Of a stretch of DNA of 64,000 nt, positions 1-12,048 are shown piece after piece. This DNA comes from Cenococcum geophilum (taxonomy: Eukaryota): the NCBI GenBank assembly GCA_050273025.1, contig CP158636.1, forward strand, positions 248,001 to 312,000, read 5' to 3'. How positions within the stretch are numbered: position 1 is the first letter of the stretch; every line of letters begins with the position of its first letter. The translations under genes and the position numbers were made by a program. The notes under the pieces were generated by a model that saw only the letters and a list, made by a program, of their open reading frames with translations, was not told the DNA's origin and searched no databases.

Positions 1-1470
1 GTGGTATCTAATTCCTATATAGCTATTAAAGAGCTTAGCTAGTACTAGGGCTAGCTGCGCTCTATATATCTTAAGAAATTAATTAGTAATCTTCTTTAGG
101 CCTAGGGCCTTATTAGGGGCAAGCCCCTTTAAAGCCGCAATAATGTCCTCCTCCTTAACTTCTTCCTTTATAGTTCTCGGCTCCGGGTATATAAAACCTA
201 GTATATTACTAAGGTCTACCTCTATAGGCAGTAGGAAAAATTACTCTGTAAGGATAGCGGCCTTCTCCTTATTATTATAGTATAGGGTCTCTTCTCCTAG
301 TCTACTAATAGGAGGGAACTATAGTAGGGCCTTTGGCTTCCCGTCCGCTATACGCGCCCATTTTACTAACCTCTATACTCCCTTAGGGTCGTTCGTTAGC
401 TTCTTAACGGTGTGTCTTTATAGCTTATTAGCCTCTCGCTGAATTACCCTTTTCTTCTTATTATATACGACTCTATAGTTAATCCAATTAGGTACTAACT
501 AGGAGGCCTTCCACGCCTAGAAAGCCTACTGGGTTTCCTTTACTACCTCTATATATTCCTTTAACTATACTTTAGAGGCTTACGGTGAGGGCCGCGCGCT
601 AGGTATTGTCTTTACTATAATGTTTTTAATTGCCTAATATATAGCCTCTGCTAGTGCGTCTAGTTTGTCTTTTATGTCGCACGGGAAACTATATAGGGGT
701 TAGAGCCGGCCCTCTAGTTCGTTTTACACCTCCTTTTAATTAGCCTTCTTTTATAGTGGTCTCCTAGGTAGCGGAGGCTCCTCTAGCGCCTCTATGTCTA
801 CCTTTATAGTAATAGGGAAGTGGTTAAACCCTATATACCAACAGTCCTACCTTTAACTTTATAGTAGTTTATCTATAATTTAAGGGGAGGTAAATACTAG
901 GTCTAGCGTGCTCCTTAATATACTTTTTACCTACGTCTCTATACCCGCCTTAGTGGCTAGGCTTAGGCCAGCTACCTCTATAGCGCGGATAAGGTTATCC
1001 GCCGCGTTATCTACGTTTATTACTACTATACCCCCCTAAAAGGGGTAGTATAGGTTAAAGTCTCTTAACAATATATATTCTCCTTTAGCTTTTAGCAGCT
1101 CTAGTAGTACGCGGAGGCTACTATTTATCTATTAGGGGTTATAAATGTTATAGATCTAGATAGTCTACTTACGGCCCTCTAGCTTAATTGTATATGCGTC
1201 CGCTAAGTAGTGCGTAGGCGCCTACTTATTTATATTAATGGCCTTATTTACGTAGAAACAGACCCTTATATTGCCGACTTCCGCGTATACTAGGTGGTAG
1301 GACTTTATAATATATATTGTATTTCCTTAGTCCTTCCTCTACGGCTTTTAGATAGCTAGTATATCCAGCTAAAAGTCCGCCTACTTTATCTCTTATAAGA
1401 AGTAAAGCAGTACACCGTTTCTGCTGTTGTTAGTATTATACTATATAATTATAAGTGGATTCCGGTGTCC
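1..1470 (-). pseudogene. LINE ORF2 (APE endonuclease plus N-terminal RT), RIP-disrupted
   Basis: RIP-reverted motifs: IIQYN (~1440), LAIQEPW (~1350), IYNIYNP (~1145), GDFNLHHPxWGG (~1050), STLDLVF (~905), SDHFPI (~820), KAPGP (~105). Confidence 0.9.
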
Positions 1471-3133
1471 TAATATAAGATATCTATACTAGCCTCTAAG
1501 TTAGCTAAGTCAGTGCCCTTTAGCGTCTATTCGCTCCCTTATAACGCAGTTTCAGTACCTCTAAACGCCTCTCTTTAGATCTAGGCTTTTACTTTTACTT
1601 CTATATTAAGCTTTATACTTTATAGGGGCTCCTAAGTTACTAGGACTTAAATTAGGGCGTATATACTGCTATTTAGCGCTATTTAAAGTGTTAATTAGAG
1701 GGTTCTCTAGCCCTTTTCCTTCCTAGAGTAGTTAATAGTCCGTGGTTAGCCGACCTTTTAAGGGGCCTCCTCTGCCTATACAGAGCTCTCCTACGTAGTC
1801 GTTTCCTTTAGCTTCCTTTTCTTAGTTTATTATAATGCCTCTTTAGTAGTAATCTCGTATTATAATTATGGTTGCTATCTATTTATAGGCGCCTTATAGG
1901 TACCTACGTAGTATATTAGCGTAAAGGCCCTAATTATTACAGCCTTCTCCTACTACGTCCGCTTAACGCCGCACGCCCTATTCTATGCCTTATAGTCTGC
2001 CTTGCAGTTAATATACTTCTTAGGTAGGTCCCCTACGCACTCGCTAGTGTTATATTACCTAGCATAGCATTTATATCTAGCCTCTCTCCTATAGCTCTTA
2101 GCTATATAGTTAAAGCCCTAGCATTTAAAGTATTGCGTTACTAAAAATGTCGTCTCGTGCCTTATAACTAGGTAATAGTCTCCTTCTAGAAAGAGGCCCT
2201 AATTAAATAGCGTATTTACAACCTCTTCTAACTATACGCCTATAATAAGTAATAATTGGACCTTTTTTCCCATCTAGACTCTTTTTAGCCTTTTCTACGC
2301 CAGCCTTTCTACTATAAGCCCTACTATAGTATAATTCTGCTTTATTATATCCTCTATTATCTACTTAGCCTTTAGGCCCTAAGTGGTGAGGCTTATAGGC
2401 ACCGCGTGGACCTCTACTAGTACTAGCGGTATGGCTAGTATAGTAGAGCGCCCTAGGACCTTTATCTACCCCGTTTCTTACAGCAATCTATCTTTTATAT
2501 CTTTATCTATAACGTACGCCCTAATATCGCCACTCTATAGCTTCTTTACGGCTTATATCTTATAAGTGTTTAGGGGTCCTACGGCCTGAAGCTTATGTAC
2601 CAGGGCTTAGCTATTCTGCTTTAAGGTTTCCTCATAGTCGGCAGCGTCGCCTATACGGATTATAATCTCGTTTACTTCTATAGGTTTATAGGCAACTTGT
2701 CTTATAGCTTAGGGTATTATAGGTATAGTGGCAGTAATGTATATGTATAATAGCGGGCCTATAAACGCCGGTCCGCTCTTTATAGCTATTGTTACGGCCC
2801 TTTAGAGGGCGCCAATATCTATCCGGATCGCCTTTATGTCCTAAGTATACTGTTCCTAGGTTCCTTAGGTCCAGATAAGCTCCGCTAATATAGTAAAGGC
2901 TACCCAAAGGGTTATAATCGCGGTAGTGAGGAAGGAGAGCATAGTAGTACGCTCCTTATCTGCATTAAGAGATCGTTTCTATAGTACCTACTAGGTTTAT
3001 TCTGTAGCTTATATAGTCTATAGGACGCGTTCTTAAAGGGCGCGTTGTTTAGTTAGGGTCGTTAGGGTTAGGGGTAGAGGCTTATTTGTTTGTTATGGTC
3101 CGGCTTTAGGGGTTATATACTAGAAAGCACCAT
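1450..3133 (-). pseudogene. LINE ORF1 gag-like protein with CCHC zinc knuckles, RIP-disrupted
   Basis: TQCFKCQGFNHIAKSC...CxxCAGxHxxxxC...CINCKADHKAW at ~2140-1980; SYAHxA-type motif at ~2745. Confidence 0.85.
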
Positions 3134-3319
3134 GTATACCTCCACTAACGCCGAATTAGGGTATGTAGTGTTAATAGGAAGGGTTTCTAGAGTCCTCTGG
3201 AGCTCGTAGGAGCTCTATTGGGCTTGTTTTAAAGGTTTCTTTAGTAGGCGATTATATTGTTAACTTATAGCGACGAGGATAGTAAAGGAACTAACTAGGG
3301 GTATCTAAACCTTAATAAT

Positions 3320-5221
3320 GCAATGTATAATTAGATTATAGATATATTAGTAATATAATTAAAAACTATAAGTATACCTTATTAAACTAGATATATATAC
3401 CCTAGTTAAATAAGCATACTATTTACGTTAGATTTAAGATATAATAGAAATATAACTAGCAAATTTACTTTTGCCATTAGTCCTATATAAAGAATATTTC
3501 TAATTCTTAGGCTTGCTAATAACCTTAAATATCGCGATATAATTAGGCTATATTAAAGTTAGATTATAGTTATATAGTAATTATAACTGCCTAAACTTAC
3601 CTTACCCTTAAAGGTTAATGAAATTCTAAAACAAAATATAATGCGTATCTGCTTAACTAGCTCCTCTATATAATCCGGTTAGATCTATAATATAATAAGA
3701 TTATAAATAATAACATACCTAGATCTGCTAAAGTTGCTTTGCGTTTTCTATAACCTTTAGCCGTTAAGGGTGCATTTTTAGCTAGGGGGGCTAAAATATA
3801 TTAGCAATATATCCTAAATAGAAGAATATTAGTTTAAACCATTATAATATATTCTAGCCTTTCTTACTACTTTACTAATAGGGTATATAACCTGTAGTTC
3901 CTCCTTTGTATAAATAGCTCTATAAAGTATCTTCTAAGCCGTTAAGATAAGTTAGATCTAGGATATAATATAGATATATAGATAAACATACTATCCAAAT
4001 TATCTAATTTTAGTTCTTTTTGACCTCTAGGCTTTACACTCCTAATTATATAGCCTCTACCTTTCTTTATTTTAAGGTTAAAAGGAGGTTATAATATAGA
4101 TATATCTAGGATCTTACTGGAAAATACGACTTAATATACTTAATTAATCCTCTATAACTATTTGCGAATTTTTTTTCTTAAGCGCAAATAGTGTGCTTAG
4201 TATTTAAATCCTATTATAGTTAGATCTAGGATATAACAAAGATATATAGCACTTATAACTTACAGTCTTCCTAATAGCATAATCCCATCTATAGAAAATC
4301 TCCTTTAGTAGAATATAAACGAGGAAATATTTGCCATGGGGCTATATTTAGGTTATATCTTAGATATAAGCTAGATATATACTAGATATTACCTTAATAT
4401 AAAAAAACGGAATCTACCCTAGGCGCTTATTAAGTCTAAGGTACTATACCTTAGTGTATTAAGCGGGGGCACCAGAAATGCGCCTCTTTATAGTATTTAG
4501 CTAAAGAGCAGTATTATAAGTGCTAGAACCCTCGCCCTTACTACTATCTAAGTCTGGATTAGAATATAGCCTAGAAGCTACTGCTCTATTTGCCGAAGTA
4601 CTATATATAGCTATTATAGTAGCGTCTAGATTTTATATAGAGTCGCTAGGGCTACTAAGAACTTTATTAATAATCTATTAAGGTTAGATTATAGATATAA
4701 CGTAGTTTTGTCTAAAATATAACTTATATCTTTTACGACCTCCATCCTAGTAAAAGCATTTACCTTCCTATTTTATAGAAAATTCTCGGTCTATATCCTA
4801 ATTAGATCCTTCTTATAACTACTAAAAGTTACTTTACCTTATTACGAAATTGCGTATTTAGACTATTAAGTGGTGTCTATTCTATATTAGATTATAAATA
4901 TAACCTAAATATATACCTACGCTGCTTATATAGGAGTTATCGCAGTCGTTCTCTAGAGGCTAAAAGGGATTTAGCGGCAATTAATATGGTTAGGTTAGAT
5001 TATAATAATAATAGGGATAGAATATTAATAAATACCTCTCCTACTCTAGATTACTAGTTCTCTAGGCTCTATAGCTATATTAGATCCTTAATAAAACCTT
5101 AATATAACCTTAATATAACCTCCTAAAACTTACCTTATCTATATCATTACCAAGCTCTTTCGAAATCGTGTTAAATAGTAGGAAGTATTTAATTAAAGCT
5201 TATAAACGACTGTAATGACAT
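3320..5221 (-). pseudogene. Intron-dense gene of unknown function (about 12 short introns), RIP-damaged
   Basis: ATG at ~5221 (MSLQSFISF..). Repeated GTAAGT/GTATGT/GTAGGT donors (e.g. ~5134, 4920, 4263, 3991, 3718, 3600) pair with ATCTAAC/ATCTAAT branch motifs and YAG acceptors. The first exons join in frame with only TAA/TAG stops. Confidence 0.6.
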
Positions 5222-5468
5222 TATAATTAAAATATAATTGGATTATTAACTCTAAATGTAATGTAATAAGAATTCAATTGTGTACTAAGTGAAGCTATAT
5301 CAGAGTCAAAATATCAACACTAGCCGAGGTTTTAGTGCCTTGGCGGGCACTAACGGAGCTTTTAGCAACACTGGCCGAGCTATATACTCCTGTAAAAGCC
5401 ATAACCATTACCTTACCAATGCCATCCGAGCAGCCTAGGCCCCTTATGCGACGCTTACCGTAGGACGA

Positions 5469-6614
5469 TTACCTTAGCAAGCTTAGACGTGATTCCATTG
5501 GTGCGGATTTTTAATCGGTCCGTAAGCTGACTAACTACGTTTATACGAAACCACTGGAATTACGTCTAAGCCACATTTCCAAGGGTTCTTAGGCGCTCCG
5601 ACAATACCCATGATTTTTCCTATATTCGCGGTCGAATCGCTTAACCATAACGGCTTAAAATACTACTAAAAGTTGATCGATTAGAGAGACGACCTAATGT
5701 TTTATAGATATTGGGTCTAAATTAGCCCATAACCCCCTAGAGTTAAGATCATTTTCGTAAAAAAAAAAAGCGTTATTAGGAATCCCGTAACTATATATAA
5801 CTTTATTAAATGCTAGCTAATATATATAAAACCTACATAGATCTATAATAGCCACCTTAAAGAACCTATTATAGACTGGCGGATATATATCGTCCGCGTT
5901 ATAGTGTATAATATAGCTGTAACTACGCCAAAGAAAGGTTACCAAAGGACCATCTTTAGTCCCGTAAATGCTCTGCAGAACTATTATACGCAGAACCGTT
6001 ATACGCAGAGCCGTTATGCAGAGCCTCCGTACGCAGAGCTTCGTGCAGAGCTTCGTGTTAAGCTTTGTGCAGAGCCTCTATACGCAGAGCTTCGTGCAGA
6101 GCTTTATGTAGAGCTTTTATACGCAGAGCTTTGTGCGGAGCTTTGTGTAAAGCTTAGTGCAGAGCTTTGTGTAGAGATTTGTGTAAAGCTTTATATAGAG
6201 CTTCGTGTAGAGCTTTATGCAAAGCTTTGTGTAGAGCTTCGTGTAAAGCTTGGTGTAGAGCTTTGTACAGAGCTTTATGTAGAGCCTTGTATAGAGCCTA
6301 AGTAGGCAAATCGCCCGCGCTTTCTGCTTAACATCGCGGGGGCTAATAGGGTAGATATATTCATCGATTATAGAGCTGCTTCTGCGGATTAATTTAACGG
6401 TATTTCTAAGATAATAGCTGCTATAGGGGTGCGGATTAATTTCGTTAAAAAAGGTAACTGTTCTATATATAAACAAAGTTGGATCGCTTAAGAAATGCTA
6501 GAAAAGTCTCTTAGACAATAGAATTAACTTTTTAACAAAAAAGGTTAGCGATATCCGCTTGCGGATATACGTATATCCGCTAATTAATTCTACGGTCTAA
6601 GCTTGCTAAGGTAA
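5469..6614. mobile_element. Non-autonomous TIR DNA transposon (Mutator-like by TSD length), 1146 bp
   Basis: Perfect 20-bp TIRs: TTACCTTAGCAAGCTTAGAC (5469-5488) and its reverse complement (6595-6614). 9-bp TSD gtaggacga (5460-5468) / gcaggacga (6615-6623), differing by one RIP-type C>T. Confidence 0.85.
5970..6302. repeat. ~12-bp minisatellite (consensus about GCAGAGCTTCGT)
   Basis: More than 20 degenerate tandem copies with an AGAGCTT core. Confidence 0.9.
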
Positions 6615-6719
6615 GCAGGACGACAGCGGATTTCATTTTATCGGTATATTTATAATCCGGGCGCTTTATTTAAAGAATATGTCCCCTATGACGATTGCGA
6701 CCGTTAACTTTATATTTCT

Positions 6720-7921
6720 TCTCTCCCGACATCGTTTTGCCTTACTATTAATCTATATGTTACGCTAAAGCTTCCACCTTCTGATATTCTTAGGTCTTTG
6801 TGGTTGTTTATATCCCTAGTCTATCCATAATCTTTTTTATAGGTCCTTCATTAGGTGCAAGGGTAAGAGTTTTACTTATTACCACTGTTAGCGTATTTCT
6901 TGTTTTTTAGATCTACAATTATATTGATTATAAAACTCTTCCGTTTGGAGAGGTATATACTCCTATCAATACCCCCGAGTATACGGAAACCGCCTCTACG
7001 ACCTTAATACAAACTGCCGTAGACGCCTCTACCACGGCAACCATATCCCCATTACCTAAAGTATATAAAGTACCGCTAGGCGCGCTAATAGCTGCCGCTA
7101 TACACACAACAGATATATCTTGGATGAATGAGCTAGCAGAAAAGTATGTCGCCCCCTTATTATATCCCTATGGCTAACCGAATCTTAGCTGGATGTTGTA
7201 TCCCTACACGGTCGATGATCTATCCCCACCTTCGGAACTCCAAATTCCTCAAAACAAAGGCCATGAAGTAATGGTGTATTTTACTTTTATTATTACGCAC
7301 TAGGACAGTCTTTCTCCGCGGGCTATCTTTGTCCACGGCTATCGAACAAGCTGGCACTAAGAAGGTGATATAGTACCGTTAATCCATTCTCTTCGCCTTT
7401 CCGCACTTAATGCGGCTGGTTATATTCTATTGCGATGTGACTGGTATTCTAGCTGTCCAGCTGAGATCCGACTAATAATATATAACGCGGTACAATGGGG
7501 CCCGGGTGTCTATAGGGAAGATGCAGAGAATGGGATTGCTGAAGTGTGGCATATATTGTTTCCCAGGGTGGAACTTCCTCGGACTATTGCTTCGCAATGT
7601 TGCGTATAGTTCGTAGTAACCAGAAATGCAATCCAGCGCCGCGAAAAGGCGGATTATGAGAGGATAAGAGACTGGATCCTTAATATAACACTGATTGACG
7701 ATGTTAGTGGGAGAGTGCTGGAGAAATTGTGGGCTTATATTATGACCAATGATACTATACAGTGAGTACAGCAATTGTATCGGCTGGACTCGTATATTAG
7801 TATATTAACATCTCGTAGCTGCCCTCTACTGCAGGAGTGCGTATGCGAATACTTTAGACAATGTGAGCCCCGCGACTGGCCTGCTCCGCCTAAGGGTCTG
7901 GCAAAGTGGCCATCGGAATGA
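6720..7921 (+). pseudogene. DUF3431 family protein (fungal, N-terminal membrane anchor), 3 introns, RIP-type nonsense mutations
   Basis: Translation gives IPQNKGHEVMVYFTFIITH*DSL..IFVHGYRTSWH*EGD, GYILLRCDW, ASQCCV*FVVTRNAI, YERIRDWIL, SGRVLEKLWAYI and CP..ECVCEYF..C. Introns at 6863-6910, 7144-7189 and ~7762-7818; stop TGA at 7919-7921. Start is uncertain. Confidence 0.85.
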
Positions 7922-8459
7922 TTACAGGGAGGGTTTAATCTGATCTCGCACGAGATCTTGCTCTTGGCCCGACTTCGACCTCCAATCCTTAAAAGACGCC
8001 TTAATGATCTACGGTTGGCACATCTCTTCTACCTACTAGAAGCTGCGATTCGCAGATACAAACCGACTCTAATAACTGTATAAACTGCCTGCTTATAAGA
8101 GAACGGACATTGGAGCTGGCGTATGATTTGGGTAAGATTGCACGCTGCACTGTTCAACCGATGAAGCGATTATCGCCAATTTTCGAGCGGTGCCTGTAGA
8201 ATACAAAGAGCAGCAGCTGCGCGACGAGTGAAAGGTGTTATTGGCCCTGAAAGAAGGTAGGGTGAAACAGAATTTAATAAGATTGTTGCGAGAGTCAGTT
8301 TTACTATGGTGGAATTAGTAACGACTATCAATGGCGTGTTTCTAGAGGAGGCTTTTAAGATACTGAATGTAGGATTGCTTATTCGGAGTGCTAGAGACAA
8401 CCCATCCCGTTTATCCGAAGTATTAGATCTAGTCCCCATTCTATAGCAAGATAGGTATC

Positions 8460-9129
8460 GGAGGTCTGGGTTAGGCTTGGCATAACCTCGGGTTACGTAC
8501 GACCCTCTAAATATATCGTCTAAATATTACCCCCCCCCTTGGGGGTGGCCCCTACTTTTCAGACGCGTTTTTAAGGCCTAGGTTAGTACTAGGTTAGTGT
8601 GGAGGGCCTTAGTGCGCCTTTGACCTCACCGTCGCCTTAACAATCTATTTTCCAACCTTTTCCCGTTTTTGTGCCCGCGCTGGCTTACATAGGGCTTCTG
8701 ATTTTATATAGAAAGGCCTACCGTAATTCTAATTATATAATATAGAGCCCTCTTCTTCTCCTTTAATATTTACGCGTTCGGTGGCTTTATTTACCTACGC
8801 TACGCTTACGCGTCTCCCTTTTACCTCTTATAGATATTGCGGATATAGAGTCTTTTAAGAATCTCTTTACCCTATAGTCCACTTTATAGTCGAACGAAGC
8901 CCCCCTAGCCTCCTCTTATAGCCTCTAGAGCGAATTTAAGGCCTAGACAGCGCGGCTATACAATATTTATAAGGCTTAGTGCTTAAAGAATATAATAAGG
9001 GCATATAAGCGAAGCAGAAAGAGTGGGAAAACTAGTATATAAGACTAGAAGGTAAGATAGACGGCGCCTAAGTAACAGAAGATAAGCTTTACCTATTTTT
9101 AGAGTAGTAAGTTATTAACTAAGAATTAC
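8460..9129 (+). mobile_element. Crypton (tyrosine-recombinase DNA transposon) copy 1, 5' fragment
   Basis: Collinear with 25835-25933 plus 33956-34550. Encodes KNTxRAYxxKQKEWxxWC and VTEDKLYLFL; similarity ends abruptly at ...GAATTACG (9129). Confidence 0.85.
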
Positions 9130-9926
9130 GCCCGCGAAGCCCTATTATACGCGTCTATGTCGCCGTGGGTGGAAACATTATCAGGAAATCGTTTCTTTTG
9201 ATGGCCAAGTGCAGAGGCGATGGTAGGGAGCTGTTGTAGCGCGTGCAGCGCGCTATCGCCACGGTTCTATAGTGTTAAGCCTACGACGCGTATAAAGTAT
9301 CGCCCACTATTTAGGGGGGCTATTAAGGGAAATTAGGATACGAAAACCACCTAATATACGACTACCTGGCTTATAGCTAGGCCCGAAACTAGTGCTTTAA
9401 TCTATATTCAATATTGATTAGAGTTATTGAAGATTAAATATTAATTATTTAATATTCAATATTAATATAAAAAGTATTAATATTTAATATATTAAATATT
9501 GAAAAAATATATATATATACTAAGAATATTTAATTTTATAGCTAAATAGGCCTATATTATGCCTATATATATACTAGGCTATATGTATAGGTATATAAGG
9601 GGGTATATAGGTAGGAGTAATAGAGAAATAGAGTGTATCTTATAGGGGGGTAAGGGGAGGAGGGGGGAGGGGGAGGGGGAGGGTTCTTTAACGTGATTTA
9701 GACCTACGGAGGATAGGCTAGATAGGCCTCTTAGATAATAGACCTATTAGCTAATAGTCTCCGGATAGTCTTAGCAAAAACCCCTAATATACTTATAATG
9801 CACCCCCAATATTAAATAAATAATTTTTCTATTAGTATAGATTTATAAAGCTTATAAAGCGCTCTAAAATAGTACTACTTTTATCTAAATATTCTAAGGA
9901 TAAGTAACATTATATAAATATAAGGC

Positions 9927-10262
9927 CTATAAAAGCTCTGTAGAATAAGGCTTAGGGGGAGCCCCGTACGGAGCTCTACTAAAGCTTAGTAAAAGCTCCG
10001 CATAAAGCTCCGCACGAAGCTCTGTATAAAGCTCTATATAAAGCTTTACAGAGGCTCCGTATAAAGCTCTGTATAAAGCTCTATATAAGGCTTTATATAA
10101 AGCTTTTATATAAAGCCTCCGTAGTAGAGCTATTGTATATAGAACTATTATACGCAAAGCCGTTATATAGAGCCTCTATATATAGAGCTTCGTATAAAGC
10201 TTTATATAGAGCCTCCGTAGAGCTTTGTATAGAGCTTTATATAAAGCTTTATATAGAGCCTT
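9927..10262. repeat. ~12-bp minisatellite, more RIP-mutated homologue of 5970-6302
   Basis: ATAAAGCTCT/AGAGCTTT tandem units; 10141-10200 is collinear with ~5977-6050. Confidence 0.85.
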
Positions 10263-11159
10263 AGTAAATACCTTTAGCTTTCCTACTAATTAGATATTTT
10301 CTTTCTACCTTTTTATTTATACTTCTCTTTATATAAAATACTATAAAATAAAATAAAAATAGGAAAAAAAGAGAGAAGACCCAGTAGTTTAAATTTAGTA
10401 ACTTTTTTCTACTCCTTATTATCCCCTAATTCCACAATTCAATCCTTACCCTCTAATGCTCCCGCTACCGCCACTATAGGCTAAGAATTTATATTATATA
10501 ACAAATATCAAGCTCTATAATCCCGCTACTTGTAATTTCCATAGCACCTACTATGGAACCCTAGGAGACTCTAATATTTAGTAAAGGGGTAAGGGCCTAC
10601 TAAATAACGTAGAGTCGCTATATAAGCCTTATAAGGCTAGTATTAATTAGCTCTCTACCTTGTATAAGTAATATAGGTTACTTATAGTTGTATTTAGAGA
10701 CCCATAGCTCTAAATTAGAATTGCATTTATATATAAGGGCCTCCCTATTTATACTTACCTCTTTAACACACCCCTAACCTAAGCCTTTATATTAATGGCC
10801 GGTAAAGCTTCTACCCTTTCCTACTTACTTTAAGAGTAGTTAAGTATATAAGTATATTATATAAAGAGGAGAGTTTACTTATAGTATGGTAATGTTACTA
10901 GAGAATCTGTTATATAGTAGGACGGGAAGTATACTAAACAATTATATTTTCTAATTCTTAATAAAGGATAATATTAGTAGGATTTAAACTTATAATCTAT
11001 TAAGTTTAAAGTTAGTATATATTTACCTATGCTACCTACGCGCCTTTAGTGGTTACTTTTTGCCTAAAATTATTTTATTTATATACCCCCCTACCACGCT
11101 TTAGTGTTATATAACACACCCCTTATATACTTTCCCTTATATAACTATAAGAAAATACT

Positions 11160-12048
11160 TAGAATCTTATAAGCTACCTAGTCCTTCGCGTATTCTAATG
11201 CCTTAAGTATTTATAGAGTAGTACTTATATAATCCTATAGAACGCGACGCTAAAAACCTAAAAATACTCTCTCTGGCTTATTACTCATTATAGGTATTAA
11301 AGAACTTTAATTATAAGCTGTAAGAGTTGTAGAAATCTTATATACTAAAGAGGCTAGTTCTACTATTAAATAGCTGTTATATAGCTATCGATCGGAATTA
11401 GATTCTTATTGTAACGGCTTAAACTATTAAATAAGTATCTTAATAGAGACTTAAATAAATGCTTATAAGATTAAGCAAACGAATGCTATATTATAAAGAT
11501 ATTAAGCTAAGGAGTAAGAGAAGGTGGTAAGGCTACGTCGATATATATACGCCAAGTCTTAAGCAAACCCCTGACTAGGTAACGCGCTTCAGCGCCGTCA
11601 CACTTATTAATATAGTTATTAAACTTATCTAGGCTTTGCGGGCGAGTATATTTTAAATAATATTAAAGACAAGCCTTATAGAAGGTAGAGAGGTTTTCTT
11701 TAGACTTTAAAGGCGACTTTTAAGTTTTCTTAGTTGCGTATAATATAGTTAAACCTAAAAGTATTGCTTTTTTATAAAATCTTTCCTAGAGCTTTCGTAC
11801 GCTAAAAAGCTTCTTTTCTCCTTTAATAGTAATATAATTGTTCTAATCTTTTAAGAAAGCCGTATAACATTTTGGGTTAAGAACTTATACCGCTAGATAG
11901 TAAGAAGAATTATCTAGCTTCTTAATGTACTTTATAAGCTTTTCTTTAGCATATTAGAGTTAAGAAGTTATAAACTTATCCTTAGTCTTAGTAGCTATTA
12001 CCTATAGGAAAGTTAGCTAAAGAAATATTAAGAGTATTATATAATATA
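11160..12048 (-). pseudogene. hAT transposase, C-terminal part with dimerisation domain
   Basis: IPIMSNKPERVFLGF*RRVL*DY..ILKALEYAKD* at ~11300-11180, matching the IPxMSxEPERVFSG.RR...W.R....E..EC.K.W consensus. Confidence 0.85.

Larger units (their letters stand above)
1..3300 (-). mobile_element. Tad1/I-group LINE (non-LTR retrotransposon), 5' part, RIP-inactivated; continues off the left edge
   Basis: Minus strand carries a zinc-knuckle ORF1 followed by an APE endonuclease and the start of RT. The 5' boundary is approximate (3130-3300). Confidence 0.9.

Noticed and set aside
3050..3075. TTAGGG telomere-like repeats
   Set aside because: Only 2-3 imperfect units, inside LINE ORF1, where they read as RIPed Pro/Thr codons on the minus strand.
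5904..6476. ORFs of 133 aa and 119 aa (also 9927-10157)
   Set aside because: Artefacts of a 12-bp minisatellite that lacks stop codons.
7472..7774. 100-aa minus-strand ORF
   Set aside because: Antisense shadow of the DUF3431 exon.
6720..7921. Starship captain
   Set aside because: The motifs are DUF3431, not the DUF3435 tyrosine recombinase. The recombinases in this window are Crypton-type.
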